From Candidatus Dormiibacterota bacterium (GTDB lineage Bacteria; Chloroflexota; Dormibacteria; Aeolococcales; Aeolococcaceae), in the NCBI GenBank assembly GCA_963718525.1, contig OY970355.1, forward strand, positions 480,001 to 544,000: 64,000 bases of DNA, in the 5' to 3' direction. Positions 43,220 through 52,357 of the stretch are shown piece after piece. Both the position numbers and the translations under genes were made by a program. Position 1 is the first letter of the stretch. Each line of letters starts with the position of its first letter. The notes under the pieces are model-generated. The model was not told where the DNA came from. It did not search any database and was given only the letters and a program-made list of their open reading frames with translations.

Positions 43220-46200
43220 GTGGACGCGACCCCGATTGCCAAGATCCTGCCGCGGAGCCCGACCGACGGCGTGATCGAGCGCAGGGCGCTGGAACAGCTC
43301 GTCGGGACCGCCCGAACCCGGCGCCTCACGGTGGTGGTAGCCGAGGCGGGCTTCGGCAAGTCAACTCTCCTTGCCTCGTGGTGGGAGAGGGTTCCGTGCG
43401 CCTGGTACACGGCCGACCAGCGTGACCTCGACCTGCCGACGCTCGGCCGGCAGCTGAGCGACGCTCTTCGTCTGCGCGTGCCGGACATCCCCAGCGATGT
43501 GAACTGGCTTGCGGAGGGTGCCGGCGGGCCGGAGCTCGACCAGTTTCTCCGGGCCGACGCGCTGGCGGCCCAGCTCGCGGAGATCCTGCACGCCCAGCTC
43601 TCGACGGATCTCATCCTGGTGATCGATGACGCGCACGAGCTCGCGGCGTCGAGCTCGTCCGCCAGGCTCGTTGAAGCGCTGTGCCGCCATGCGCCGCCCC
43701 GACTTCACCTTGTGATCGCCGGACGCCGCCAGCCGCCCTTCCAGATCGAGCGCCTGCGGGGTCAGGGACAGCTCCTCGAGATCGACGGCAGCCAGCTGGC
43801 CTTCACCGTCGACGAGGTCGGCGAGCTGCTGGAGCGCCGGTTGGATGTCAGCGCCGGGGACCTCGCCGCCCAGATCCACCGAATTGCCGGGGGGTGGCCT
43901 GCGGCGGTGACGCTCGCCATCGAGGCGCTCAAGTCCTCGCCGCCCGCGACCTGGAGCACGGTGTTCGAGGGGCTCGACAAGCCGGCCGCGCCACTCGTGT
44001 CCTACCTGGCTGAGGAGGTCTTCGCCCGACATCCCGACGCCGTCCGGGACCTGGTCAGCAGGCTCGCGCTCTTCGAGCGCTTCACACCGGAACTCTGCGA
44101 GGCAGTTGGGCTCGCCGGCTCGCGGTCGATCCTCGCGGAGCTCACACCCCAGGGCCTCTTCATCGAAAAGGGGCAGGACGGGACGCTGGCACTCCGCCCG
44201 CTGATCCGCGAGTACGCGCTCGAGTCGCTGCCACTGCCCGAACTCGAAGCGCGGGATCTCAGGGTGGCGGCCGCCGGGTGGCTTGCGACGACCGGGTCGA
44301 CCTCGGACGCGATCCAGGTGCTGCTCTCCGCCGGCACCATGGACCAGCTGGCCGCCATCGTCGCCCTTGAGGGCTCAAGGCTGCTGGCGGCAGGCCAGAT
44401 TGCCACCGTGCTCCAGGCGTGCCAGGCCATCCCCGCCGTGTTTCGGACTGCGGAGATCGAGCAGCTCGAGGGCGAGGCTCAGCAGATCCAGGGGGACTGG
44501 AGCGAGGCCATGACCTGCTTTCAGCGCGCTGCCGCCGGTCGTGAGCGGCTGCCTGCTCACCTCGCGTGGCGGATCGGCCTCATCCATTACCTTCGCGGCG
44601 AACCCGAGGCAGCCCTGTCCGTCTACCAGCGCGGTGTTGATGACCCGGCTGCCGACCCGATGGAGATGGCGATCCTCCTCGCCTGGATGTCCACCGCGTA
44701 CTGGATCCGCGGCGATGTCGAGCCTTGTCGCGAGCTCGCCACCCGTGCGCTGGAGGCGGCCACAGCGTGCGGTGATCACCGTGCACTCGCGGCGGCGCAC
44801 ACCGTCATGGCCATGCTGGCCGCACTCGACGGCGACCGGCGCGCGAACGACGCCCATTACCTGTTGGCGCTTCGCGCGGCCGAGGAAGCGTCGGACGTGC
44901 TCCAGCTCGTGCGCATCCGTACCAATCGAGGCTCGCACTTCATGGAGGAGGGCTCATACGCGGAGGCGCTGCAGGAATTGGACGTCGCCGTGCGCCTCGC
45001 CGAACTGACCTCCTTCGCGAGCTTCCTGGCACTCAGCCTGAGCAACCGCGGGGAAACGAAGCTGCGCATGGGCCGGATCGATGAGGCGCTGGCCGATCTC
45101 GAGGCCTCACGCCTTCGTTACCGCCAGATCGACTCGGATATGGTGTCGTACCCACTGCAGCTGATCGGGGAGGTCCACAGCGAGCGCGGCAACCTGGCTC
45201 AGGCGCGGGTGATGCTCGAGGAGGCGCTCGAGGTTGCCGAGTGTGCGGGCGACGTCCAGGGCGTGGTCCCGACGCTCGCATGCCTCGCCACTGTCGTCGC
45301 GGGCGAGGACCCCGAGCGTGCGAGGGCGCTCGCCGACCAGGCGGTTTCGTACGGCACGGGCATCTCGTATGTCGTTGCGCTCCTGGCGTCCGGGTGGGTG
45401 GCCGCGGCCGCCGGCGATACCGCTCGCGCCGCGGATCTCGCCGGACAGGCAGAGGCCGTGGCGCGCGCCCGGCATGACCGTGCGGGTGTCGCCGACGCGC
45501 TCGCTCTCGCGGCGTTGACCGCCGCGGACCCGCGGATCCGAAGCCGTCGTCTTGCCGAGGCGGCAGCCATCTGGCACGAGGTCGGGAACCCACTCGGTGA
45601 GGCCAAGGTGGGTCTCGTGCTGGCGTCACTCGAACGAGGAGCAGGCTCGGCGATACAGCGGCGCAAGGCTGAGCAGCAGCTCGAAGCGCTCGGAGTGCAC
45701 GCGCATCAGAGCGGCAACGTCGCCGCGGGGCTGCTCGCATTTCTGAGCCCCCGTGACCGCGTCGCCGTGAGGATCCAGTCACTCGGCGGATTTTCAGTGC
45801 TTCGCGATGGTGAGCTGGTGCGGATTTCCGAATGGCAATCCAAGCGTGCGAGAGAGCTGCTCAAGCTCCTGATCGCCCGCCGCGGCAGGCCGGCGCCGCG
45901 CGGGTACCTCATGGAGACGCTCTGGCCCGGGGAGGACCCGGAACGCGTCACCAACCGTCTCTCGGTGGCGCTCACCACCGTCCGCGGTGTGCTCGACCCG
46001 CAACACCGCTTCGGTCCGGAGCACTTCGTGGTCTCGGACAACGACGCCGTCGCGCTCAATCTCGACGTGATCGACATCGATGTGGAGCGATTCCTCTCGG
46101 CGACGTCCGATGGGCTCGACAGCGTGCGGCGGGGCGATACGGCCCGCGGACTCCCCATCCTCAGCCGCGCCACGGTGGTGTACTCCGGCGAGTTTCTCGA

Positions 46201-46537
46201 GGAAAACCCTTACGACGACTGGACCGTGGCGCTGCGCGAGGAAGCCCGCGCCGCCTATGTGTCCGCGCTTCGCCTGCTTGCCCGGCACGCGGCTGATCCC
46301 GACACGGCCGTCTCGCATTTCCTGCGCATCCTCGAGAACGATCGCTATGACGAGGAGGCCCATCTGGGCCTGGTGCACGCACTGGCCGACGCCGGTCGCC
46401 ACGGCGAGGCGCATCGCCATTACCTGAACTACCGCCGGGCGATGGATGACCTCGGGGTGGAACCGTCGCCGTTCCCGACCATGCGCCGCGGACGCGCCCC
46501 GGAATCCAGGCATCCGAGCGCCTTCAGCCAACCTTAA
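43220..46537 (+). CDS. large MalT/STAND-like ATPase-TPR regulator with C-terminal winged-HTH + BTAD (SARP-type) domain
   Basis: AEAGFGKSTLL, LVIDDAH, GGWPAA, TPR-like helices, IQSLGGFSV..W..KRARELLKLL, LWP, DIDV..F, YSGEFL..YDDW, DRYDEEAH. Confidence 0.88.
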   Translation: MDATPIAKILPRSPTDGVIERRALEQLVGTARTRRLTVVVAEAGFGKSTLLASWWERVPCAWYTADQRDLDLPTLGRQLSDALRLRVPDIPSDVNWLAEGAGGPELDQFLRADALAAQLAEILHAQLSTDLILVIDDAHELAASSSSARLVEALCRHAPPRLHLVIAGRRQPPFQIERLRGQGQLLEIDGSQLAFTVDEVGELLERRLDVSAGDLAAQIHRIAGGWPAAVTLAIEALKSSPPATWSTVFEGLDKPAAPLVSYLAEEVFARHPDAVRDLVSRLALFERFTPELCEAVGLAGSRSILAELTPQGLFIEKGQDGTLALRPLIREYALESLPLPELEARDLRVAAAGWLATTGSTSDAIQVLLSAGTMDQLAAIVALEGSRLLAAGQIATVLQACQAIPAVFRTAEIEQLEGEAQQIQGDWSEAMTCFQRAAAGRERLPAHLAWRIGLIHYLRGEPEAALSVYQRGVDDPAADPMEMAILLAWMSTAYWIRGDVEPCRELATRALEAATACGDHRALAAAHTVMAMLAALDGDRRANDAHYLLALRAAEEASDVLQLVRIRTNRGSHFMEEGSYAEALQELDVAVRLAELTSFASFLALSLSNRGETKLRMGRIDEALADLEASRLRYRQIDSDMVSYPLQLIGEVHSERGNLAQARVMLEEALEVAECAGDVQGVVPTLACLATVVAGEDPERARALADQAVSYGTGISYVVALLASGWVAAAAGDTARAADLAGQAEAVARARHDRAGVADALALAALTAADPRIRSRRLAEAAAIWHEVGNPLGEAKVGLVLASLERGAGSAIQRRKAEQQLEALGVHAHQSGNVAAGLLAFLSPRDRVAVRIQSLGGFSVLRDGELVRISEWQSKRARELLKLLIARRGRPAPRGYLMETLWPGEDPERVTNRLSVALTTVRGVLDPQHRFGPEHFVVSDNDAVALNLDVIDIDVERFLSATSDGLDSVRRGDTARGLPILSRATVVYSGEFLEENPYDDWTVALREEARAAYVSALRLLARHAADPDTAVSHFLRILENDRYDEEAHLGLVHALADAGRHGEAHRHYLNYRRAMDDLGVEPSPFPTMRRGRAPESRHPSAFSQP

Positions 46538-46564
46538 GGCCGCTCAAAGCAGGCTTCCTAGGCT
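46521..46564 (+). promoter_or_regulatory. three 11-bp-phased heptamers followed by a -10 box (candidate SARP/BTAD-type site)
   Basis: CCTTCAG (46521), CCTTAAG (46532), CTCAAAG (46543), then TAGGCT (46559), 8 nt before ATG 46573. Confidence 0.45.
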
Positions 46565-46572
46565 CACGCGTC

Positions 46573-46794
46573 ATGGAGACGTTTGTCGTGCGCGTGTGGA
46601 CACCCGAGGACCACGACGGCTGGTCGCCTGGAGTGCGCGGTACGGCGACCCACCTGGCCTCCGGCGATCAGGTGACCTTCACCGAAACGGACGGATTGAT
46701 CGGGTTCATCGTCCGTGCCCTTTCGCAAGGCAACAGAGCCGCCGCGGACGCAGACGCGGCGCCTTCCACGAGTAAAGGTCAGAAACGTCTGTAA
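46573..46794 (+). CDS. small uncharacterised protein adjacent to the BTAD regulator
   Basis: METFVVRVW...VRGTATHLASGDQVTF...LIGFI; GC-rich third codon positions. Confidence 0.7.
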   Translation: METFVVRVWTPEDHDGWSPGVRGTATHLASGDQVTFTETDGLIGFIVRALSQGNRAAADADAAPSTSKGQKRL

Positions 46795-46852
46795 CCTGCG
46801 AGGGAATTCCCGCTGGCCCTCGGTTGCCCAAGCTCACCTGTTGCAACCGCTC

Positions 46853-46906
46853 CCTGCCGCCGGTGGATGCGCCCCGACGGTCGCGCCGCACATCTGACGC
46901 GGCAGG
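46853..46906. terminator. stem-loop between convergent genes
   Basis: CCTGCCGC / GCGGCAGG 8-bp outer stem ending at the YciI stop codon. Confidence 0.35.
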
Positions 46907-47257
46907 TCAGTCCTCGGGAAGCGTGATCAGATGGCCCGGCTGTCGCATCGAACCGGGAGGGCAGAGCCAGGTCATCACGTCGACCACCAGGCGACCGGCG
47001 AGTACAGCCGGGTCCGCCTCCGCAAGCTCACGAGCGCGTGCAAGTGAGCCCGTTCTATAGAACGTGAGTCCGCGGAGCGACTCGTCCGGCTGATCCAGGA
47101 CCGGGCCGTTGGTGGCGACCTCACCTGACGCGCGAAGTGCCCTGTGGTACTCGAGATGCTCGCGCTGGATGCGCTGCAATGTTTCCTCGTCGGACGCCGG
47201 GGCACCGTCGGGGCGGCGGAGCAGCGCGAGTTCGAAGGACTCCAGATCCATGGTCAT
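46907..47257 (-). CDS. YciI family protein
   Basis: IQREHLEY..L..GP..D..LRGL..A..DPAV.AGRL. Confidence 0.8.
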   Translation of the reverse strand: MTMDLESFELALLRRPDGAPASDEETLQRIQREHLEYHRALRASGEVATNGPVLDQPDESLRGLTFYRTGSLARARELAEADPAVLAGRLVVDVMTWLCPPGSMRQPGHLITLPED

Positions 47258-47355
47258 TCTCCGGGCGAGGCGGTGGGTCGCTACCTGCGATCTGCGGCTT
47301 TTGTGTCAGGGGTATTAGACTGCGCCGCGATCCGGTAACTCCTGGAGGGGCTTCG

Positions 47356-48453
47356 ATGGGACAGGCGATTCTGCTGGTCGGGACGCGGAAGGGCTTGATG
47401 ATCGCCCGAAGCTCGGACGACCGTCGCACCTGGACGACCGACGACTTCCAGTTTCGCAACCAAGAGGTCTATTCAGTCGCGATCGACACGCGTCACGACC
47501 CGCCCCGGATCTTCGCCGGCGTCGGGACTGGTCACTGGGGTCCGCTGCTGACCTACTCCGACGACCTCGGTGTGTCATGGACCGAACCGGCGGAACCGCC
47601 GATCGGATTTCCGCAGAGCAGTGACGCCTCGGTCGCCCGTGTCTGGCAGATTCGGCCGGCGACCGACCTGCAACCGGACGTCGTGTACGCCGGGGTGGAG
47701 CCGCACGCACTGTTCCGATCGGACGACCGCGGCGTGAGCTTCGCACTCGTCGAGGGTCTGTGGAACCACCCGGACCGGCCGAGCTGGACCCCGGGCGGCG
47801 GCGGAGCATGCCTCCACACGGTCCTGCCACATCCCACCGACCCGGACGACGTCCTGGTCGCCATGTCCGCGGCCGGCGTCTACCGAACCAGGGACGGCGG
47901 GGCAAGCTGGTCGCGAGCAAACCGTGGCATCCAGGCAGCCTTCCTCCCCGAGGATCAGCGCTTCCCGGAATTCGGACAGTGCGTCCACAAGGTCGCGCTC
48001 CACCCCAACCGCCCGCAGCGGCTGTTCGCTCAAAACCACTTCGGCGTGTATCGCAGCGAGGATCGCGGCAACTCCTGGGCGCCCATCGAAGCAGGTCTGC
48101 CCAGCAACTTCGGGTTCGCGATGGTGGTGCACCCGCATCAGCCGGACACCCTCTACCTGTTTCCGCTCAAGGCCGACCTCGAGCGGTTCCCACCGGAGGC
48201 CAAGTGCCGCGTGTACCGGACCGAGAACGCAGGCACGAGCTGGGAGCCGCTATCGGAGGGACTCCCCAAGGACCCGTACTACGCAGCGGTGCTTCGCGAC
48301 GCGATGGTCGCCAACTCAGGAGACCCGGCTGGTATCTATTTCGGAACCCGGCTCGGAGAGGTGTACGCAAGCCGCGACGGCGGCGACAGCTGGTGGTTGC
48401 TGGCCGAACATCTGCCGGACGTGCTCTCCCTTCGGGTTGCCGAGATCGCGTGA
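47356..48453 (+). CDS. BNR/Asp-box beta-propeller (sialidase-like) protein
   Basis: LLVGTRKG; repeated S.D.G.SW Asp-boxes; PGGGGACLH, GQCVHK, QNHFGVYRS; GGAGG RBS. Confidence 0.85.
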   Translation: MGQAILLVGTRKGLMIARSSDDRRTWTTDDFQFRNQEVYSVAIDTRHDPPRIFAGVGTGHWGPLLTYSDDLGVSWTEPAEPPIGFPQSSDASVARVWQIRPATDLQPDVVYAGVEPHALFRSDDRGVSFALVEGLWNHPDRPSWTPGGGGACLHTVLPHPTDPDDVLVAMSAAGVYRTRDGGASWSRANRGIQAAFLPEDQRFPEFGQCVHKVALHPNRPQRLFAQNHFGVYRSEDRGNSWAPIEAGLPSNFGFAMVVHPHQPDTLYLFPLKADLERFPPEAKCRVYRTENAGTSWEPLSEGLPKDPYYAAVLRDAMVANSGDPAGIYFGTRLGEVYASRDGGDSWWLLAEHLPDVLSLRVAEIA

Positions 48454-48731
48454 CGTCGCGGCTGCTGCTCCCTGCCGCGCTGCGGCGCTACGCCGACGAG
48501 CAGGTCGAGGTCGAGATCCACGGTGGCACCCTGGGTGCGGCACTCGACGACCTGGCCGAACGGCTCCCACAGCTGGAACGCCGGTTGCGCGATGAGCAGG
48601 GCCAGCTCCGACCCCATGTCCTCATGTTCGTCGATGGCGTGGGCGTGCGAAGCGGAGCGCCGATGGACACCCCGGTTCGCGACGGGTCCGAAGTGTTCGT
48701 GGCGCCGGCGGTATCCGGCGGGAGGGTTTAG
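48450..48731 (+). CDS. MoaD/ThiS family ubiquitin-like protein
   Basis: LPAALRRY..GGTLG..L..L..RL.DEQG.LRPHV..FVDG..PAVSGG(RV); GTGA overlap with the upstream gene. Confidence 0.88.
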   Translation: MTSRLLLPAALRRYADEQVEVEIHGGTLGAALDDLAERLPQLERRLRDEQGQLRPHVLMFVDGVGVRSGAPMDTPVRDGSEVFVAPAVSGGRV

Positions 48732-49306
48732 CTCTTCTCCGCGCTCACAGCCGGCTGCCGGAACTCGACGTCCTTGGTCTCGACCGTCCCGGCGGTGCGC
48801 CCCGGAGCCGTCTGATACGTCCAGTACAGGTTCGTGTGGGCGATCACCTGCTCCGGCGGCGGCGCTCCCCATGCCGTTTGATCTTCGGTGGTGTGGGCGT
48901 CACTGACGAGCGTTGCGTCGTAGCCCCTGACGAAGGCTCCGTGGAGCGTTGAGCGCACGCACGCATCGGTTTGCGCGCCAACCACGAGAAGACGCCCAAC
49001 CCCGAGGTCCGACAGCACGGTTTCGAGGCCGGTGTCCTCGAATAAGTCGCCGTAGTTCTTCTCGACGAGCGGCTCAGCATCCCCCGGATGCAGCTCGGGC
49101 ACGATCCGCCAGCCGTCACTCCCCCTTGCAATATTTTCATCGGAGTGCTGGACCCAGACGACCGGGACCTCCTCCCGACGGGCTTTTTCGACGAGGCTGC
49201 CGACATTGGCGACGACCTCGTCGCGCCTGGGAGCGCCCTCGACGACGCAGTTCTGGACGTCGATGACGAGGAGCGCTGTGTTCGGGCGATTCGCAAGTGT
49301 GGTCAC
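48728..49306 (-). CDS. isochorismatase/cysteine hydrolase
   Basis: ALLVIDVQN, EKNY, GAQTDACVRST, LVSDAHTT. Confidence 0.9.
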   Translation of the reverse strand: MTTLANRPNTALLVIDVQNCVVEGAPRRDEVVANVGSLVEKARREEVPVVWVQHSDENIARGSDGWRIVPELHPGDAEPLVEKNYGDLFEDTGLETVLSDLGVGRLLVVGAQTDACVRSTLHGAFVRGYDATLVSDAHTTEDQTAWGAPPPEQVIAHTNLYWTYQTAPGRTAGTVETKDVEFRQPAVSAEKS

Positions 49307-49415
49307 GGGTTCCCCTTGGTCAAGCTGGCACCTGGACCATCAACGTTAGCGACAGCGTCAGACCGCTCGCAAACCGGGGGCTGACGTTGCATCCCAGGCC
49401 AATCCCGAAAGGTGG

Positions 49416-49805
49416 TCAGTCGCTCGGCGGCTGTGCGGTGGCTCCTGGGGCAAGCCAGCGATGCGCCCATCTGCCCAGCGCCCCGAGCAACTCGTTGAGG
49501 TCTCGACCTGCCTCGGTCAGCGCGTATTCCACGCCCACCGGCGGCCCAGGAAGCACGCGCCGCGACACCAACCCGGCGGTCTCGAGTTCGCGGAGGCGGT
49601 CGGCGCAGAGCCGCTCCGACATTCCCGGGACGGCGCTGACCAAGACATGGAAGCGCTGCGGTCCGCGGAACAGGATGCTGACGATCGCACCGGTCCAGCG
49701 CTTGCCGACCAGTTCGATCGCCTGGTGGTACAGGGCGCAGACCGACGCGGGATCGTGCCCGGCATCACCCAGAGCCACGTCGACGGGATCAGACGCAAGA
49801 GCCAT
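49416..49805 (-). CDS. HxlR/YodB/CatR family regulator with N-terminal Cys
   Basis: VCALYHQAIELVGKRWTGAI, PGMSERL..RLRELE, VEYALTEAG; start could be 49805-49817. Confidence 0.88.
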   Translation of the reverse strand: MALASDPVDVALGDAGHDPASVCALYHQAIELVGKRWTGAIVSILFRGPQRFHVLVSAVPGMSERLCADRLRELETAGLVSRRVLPGPPVGVEYALTEAGRDLNELLGALGRWAHRWLAPGATAQPPSD

Positions 49806-49834
49806 CGACCGCATCATACCTCTGTCGCACACGC

Positions 49835-49863
49835 TTGACATAGCTGCTTATTATCAGTAAGCT
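49835..49863 (+). promoter_or_regulatory. sigma70 promoter overlapped by an inverted-repeat operator
   Basis: TTGACA(49835)-17 nt-TAAGCT(49858); GCTTA-N7-TAAGC at 49846-49862. Confidence 0.7.
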
Positions 49864-49904
49864 ACTGCCTATACGTTAGTACGTTCTGCCTGGGAGATCA
49901 CTTC

Positions 49905-50423
49905 ATGAACACTGGTTTGCTGATTCTTCGCGTCGTGGTGGGCGCTGCCCTCGCGGCACACGGTGCGCAGAAGCTCTTTGGGTTGTGGGGCGGCCCGGGT
50001 GTCCGCGGGCTCCGCGACCACCTCGCGCATATGCGCTTTCGTCCCGCTTCGGTCTGGGTCGCCGGCGCGGTCGCATCCGAGGTCGGCGGCGGCGTGCTGC
50101 TCGCTCTGGGACTGCTCAGCCCGCTCGGCTCCGTCGGTGTCGGGGCCGCGATGCTCATGGCGATCGTCGCGTTCCATTGGGGCAAGGGATTCTTCGGTCA
50201 GCGCGGCGGCGTCGAGGTGCCGCTCCTCTACCTCGTCGCTGGGTCGGCGCTGGGGATCACAGGCCCCGGTTCGTACTCGCTTGATTCACTCTTCGGGATC
50301 ACCCTTCCTGAGCCGGTCGTCGGCATCGTCGCCGCCGCCGTGGCGGTCTTCGGGGTCGCGCTGGCGATGGCTGGGCGTCGCCCCGCCGTCGCGGCGCAGC
50401 CGGCCTCGGACCTCGCGGCGTAA
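49905..50423 (+). CDS. DoxX family membrane protein (CatD-like)
   Basis: LILRVVVG..AHGAQKLFG, E..GG..L.LG, GG.E.P, GPGSYSLD. Confidence 0.9.
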   Translation: MNTGLLILRVVVGAALAAHGAQKLFGLWGGPGVRGLRDHLAHMRFRPASVWVAGAVASEVGGGVLLALGLLSPLGSVGVGAAMLMAIVAFHWGKGFFGQRGGVEVPLLYLVAGSALGITGPGSYSLDSLFGITLPEPVVGIVAAAVAVFGVALAMAGRRPAVAAQPASDLAA

Positions 50424-50471
50424 CACCCTCGGGGCGGCGATTGATCGGCCAGCCGTCAGCGGGGCGGCCGT

Positions 50472-50903
50472 TCAGCCTCCGGACTGCTGGGGTGACCCGC
50501 TCAGCACCTTGGACAGAAGCTCGTCGAACTCGGCGAACTCCGAAGGCGTAAGCGACCCGAATGAATCGCGCAACACGCGATCGACGATCTCATCACCGGC
50601 GCGGCGCAGTGCCCGGCCCTTCTCGGTCAGCTGGTGGCGCACCGCTCGCCCAGGGCTCGGCACCCGCTCGATCAGGCCCCGCCTGATCATCCGGCCCGAG
50701 AGCGTCCCAAACGACTGATCGCTCTGGAACGTCAGCAGCGCAAGGTGGTGCAGCGATGCGCCCGGATTCTCGTCGAGATGACGGAGCGCGTCCCACTGGA
50801 CGAGGCTGATGCCCAGCGGCGCCAGTCCAGCGTCGAGCGCCTTATGGTGCCGCGCCTGGAGCCGTTTGACTGACAGGCCGACGCCCTGGAGTGTCCGCGC
50901 CAT
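50472..50903 (-). CDS. MarR family regulator
   Basis: LGISLVQWDALR..PGAS.H.LA..TFQSDQSFGTL, LTEKG. Confidence 0.85.
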   Translation of the reverse strand: MARTLQGVGLSVKRLQARHHKALDAGLAPLGISLVQWDALRHLDENPGASLHHLALLTFQSDQSFGTLSGRMIRRGLIERVPSPGRAVRHQLTEKGRALRRAGDEIVDRVLRDSFGSLTPSEFAEFDELLSKVLSGSPQQSGG

Positions 50904-51012
50904 CTGACGATTCTACGCGCCCGTATCAGCCTGTTTGGATCAGCTTGCTGTTCTAAACATGTTGTGATAAGGTTGTTGATATGATCCGGCAACGGCGCGA
51001 GGAGAAGCAGTC

Positions 51013-51825
51013 ATGAGCACCAGCACCCAGCACAGTCTTGTGGTTGAAGGCATCGGCCCGGTCGAGGTCACCGTTTCGGACGTCGGCCGCGGACGCCCGT
51101 TCCTGCTCATTCATGGCGGCGCCGGCCCCCAGTCGGTGACCGCGTTCGCGGACCGGCTCGCCGCCAGTCCGGCACGCGCGATCATCCCGACGCACCCTGG
51201 CTTCGGCGGCACGCCGCGACCCGACGGGCTCGAGAGCATCGCCGCCCTGGCGCGGCTCTACGTTGCCCTGCTCGATATGCTGAACGTCGACGACGTGACC
51301 GTCGTCGGCAACTCGATCGGCGGATGGATCGCGGCCGAGATGGCACTCCTCGGATCGCGGCGGATCAGCGCGCTCGTGCTCGTCGATGCTGCCGGCATCG
51401 AGGTCGAGGGCCATCCGATTGCCGACTTCTTTTCCCTGACGCTCGACCAGGTCACCGATTTCAGCTATCACGATCCGGAGCGCTTCCGGATCGATCCAAC
51501 GACGATCACGGACGCTCAGCGGGTGGTTGTCGCCGGGAACCGGTCGAGCCTCGCCGCATACGGCGACCAGGCGATGGGAGACCGCACCCTCCGCGAGCGC
51601 CTCGCGAACGTCACGGTGCCCACGCTCGTCGTCTGGGGCGACAGTGACCAGATCGTCGACCCGGAGTACGGCCGTGCCTATGCTGCCGCGATCCCCGGGG
51701 CGGTATTCACCCTGCTCACGGATACCGGTCACCTTCCCCAGATCGAGACACCCGATCAGCTCCTGAAATCGATCCGGGACTTCGCGACGGCGAACGCCGC
51801 TCATCGACCCGCCGCTGCGGAGTGA
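51013..51825 (+). CDS. alpha/beta fold hydrolase
   Basis: LLIHGG, HPGFG, GNSIGG nucleophile elbow, VWGDSD, GHLP; AGGAG RBS. Confidence 0.9.
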   Translation: MSTSTQHSLVVEGIGPVEVTVSDVGRGRPFLLIHGGAGPQSVTAFADRLAASPARAIIPTHPGFGGTPRPDGLESIAALARLYVALLDMLNVDDVTVVGNSIGGWIAAEMALLGSRRISALVLVDAAGIEVEGHPIADFFSLTLDQVTDFSYHDPERFRIDPTTITDAQRVVVAGNRSSLAAYGDQAMGDRTLRERLANVTVPTLVVWGDSDQIVDPEYGRAYAAAIPGAVFTLLTDTGHLPQIETPDQLLKSIRDFATANAAHRPAAAE

Positions 51826-51875
51826 CACACGACTCGTCGAGGGACCCGATCACCGTGTCGACGAGCTCGCCGCCA

Positions 51876-52262
51876 TCAGCTCGCTGGGCCGTCGATGGTC
51901 ACCTCGAACAGCGGGCTCGATTTGATCATGACGGGGAGATCGTCGCGCTTCCAGATGCGCGCGATGTGGGGCAGCACCTCGCGGCGCTCGGCGTCGTCGG
52001 TGATGATCCGCGCGGTGGCTGCGAGGTCGGCCCGGACAGGTCCTTTGAGGTGGAAGGTGAAGTGCGGGTCAGCCGTGAGGTTGGCGATGTAGCTCCGCTT
52101 GAACCCGGGCATCCCGCTGATGAACAGCCGCCCGCCGACGTTATGGAAGACGATCTCGATGCGATGGGGCTGGCCGGTCTTGCGGCCCGTTGTGGTGATG
52201 TCGATGACGCCGCCACGCTCGAGCGCGTCACGGATCGGCTGGTCGAGTTGTGCGGTGCTCAT
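51876..52262 (-). CDS. deazaflavin (F420)-dependent nitroreductase-like split-barrel protein
   Basis: DITTTGRKTGQPHRIEI, RSYIANL.ADP.F. Confidence 0.78.
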   Translation of the reverse strand: MSTAQLDQPIRDALERGGVIDITTTGRKTGQPHRIEIVFHNVGGRLFISGMPGFKRSYIANLTADPHFTFHLKGPVRADLAATARIITDDAERREVLPHIARIWKRDDLPVMIKSSPLFEVTIDGPAS

Positions 52263-52357
52263 GTTGTTCCCCGTTCGTATGCTCGCTCGCGAGGCGATTG
52301 AGGTCTCAGCCTAAACGCCCCGGTCGGCGCGGCGCGTTATGGCATCGTCGCACCCCC

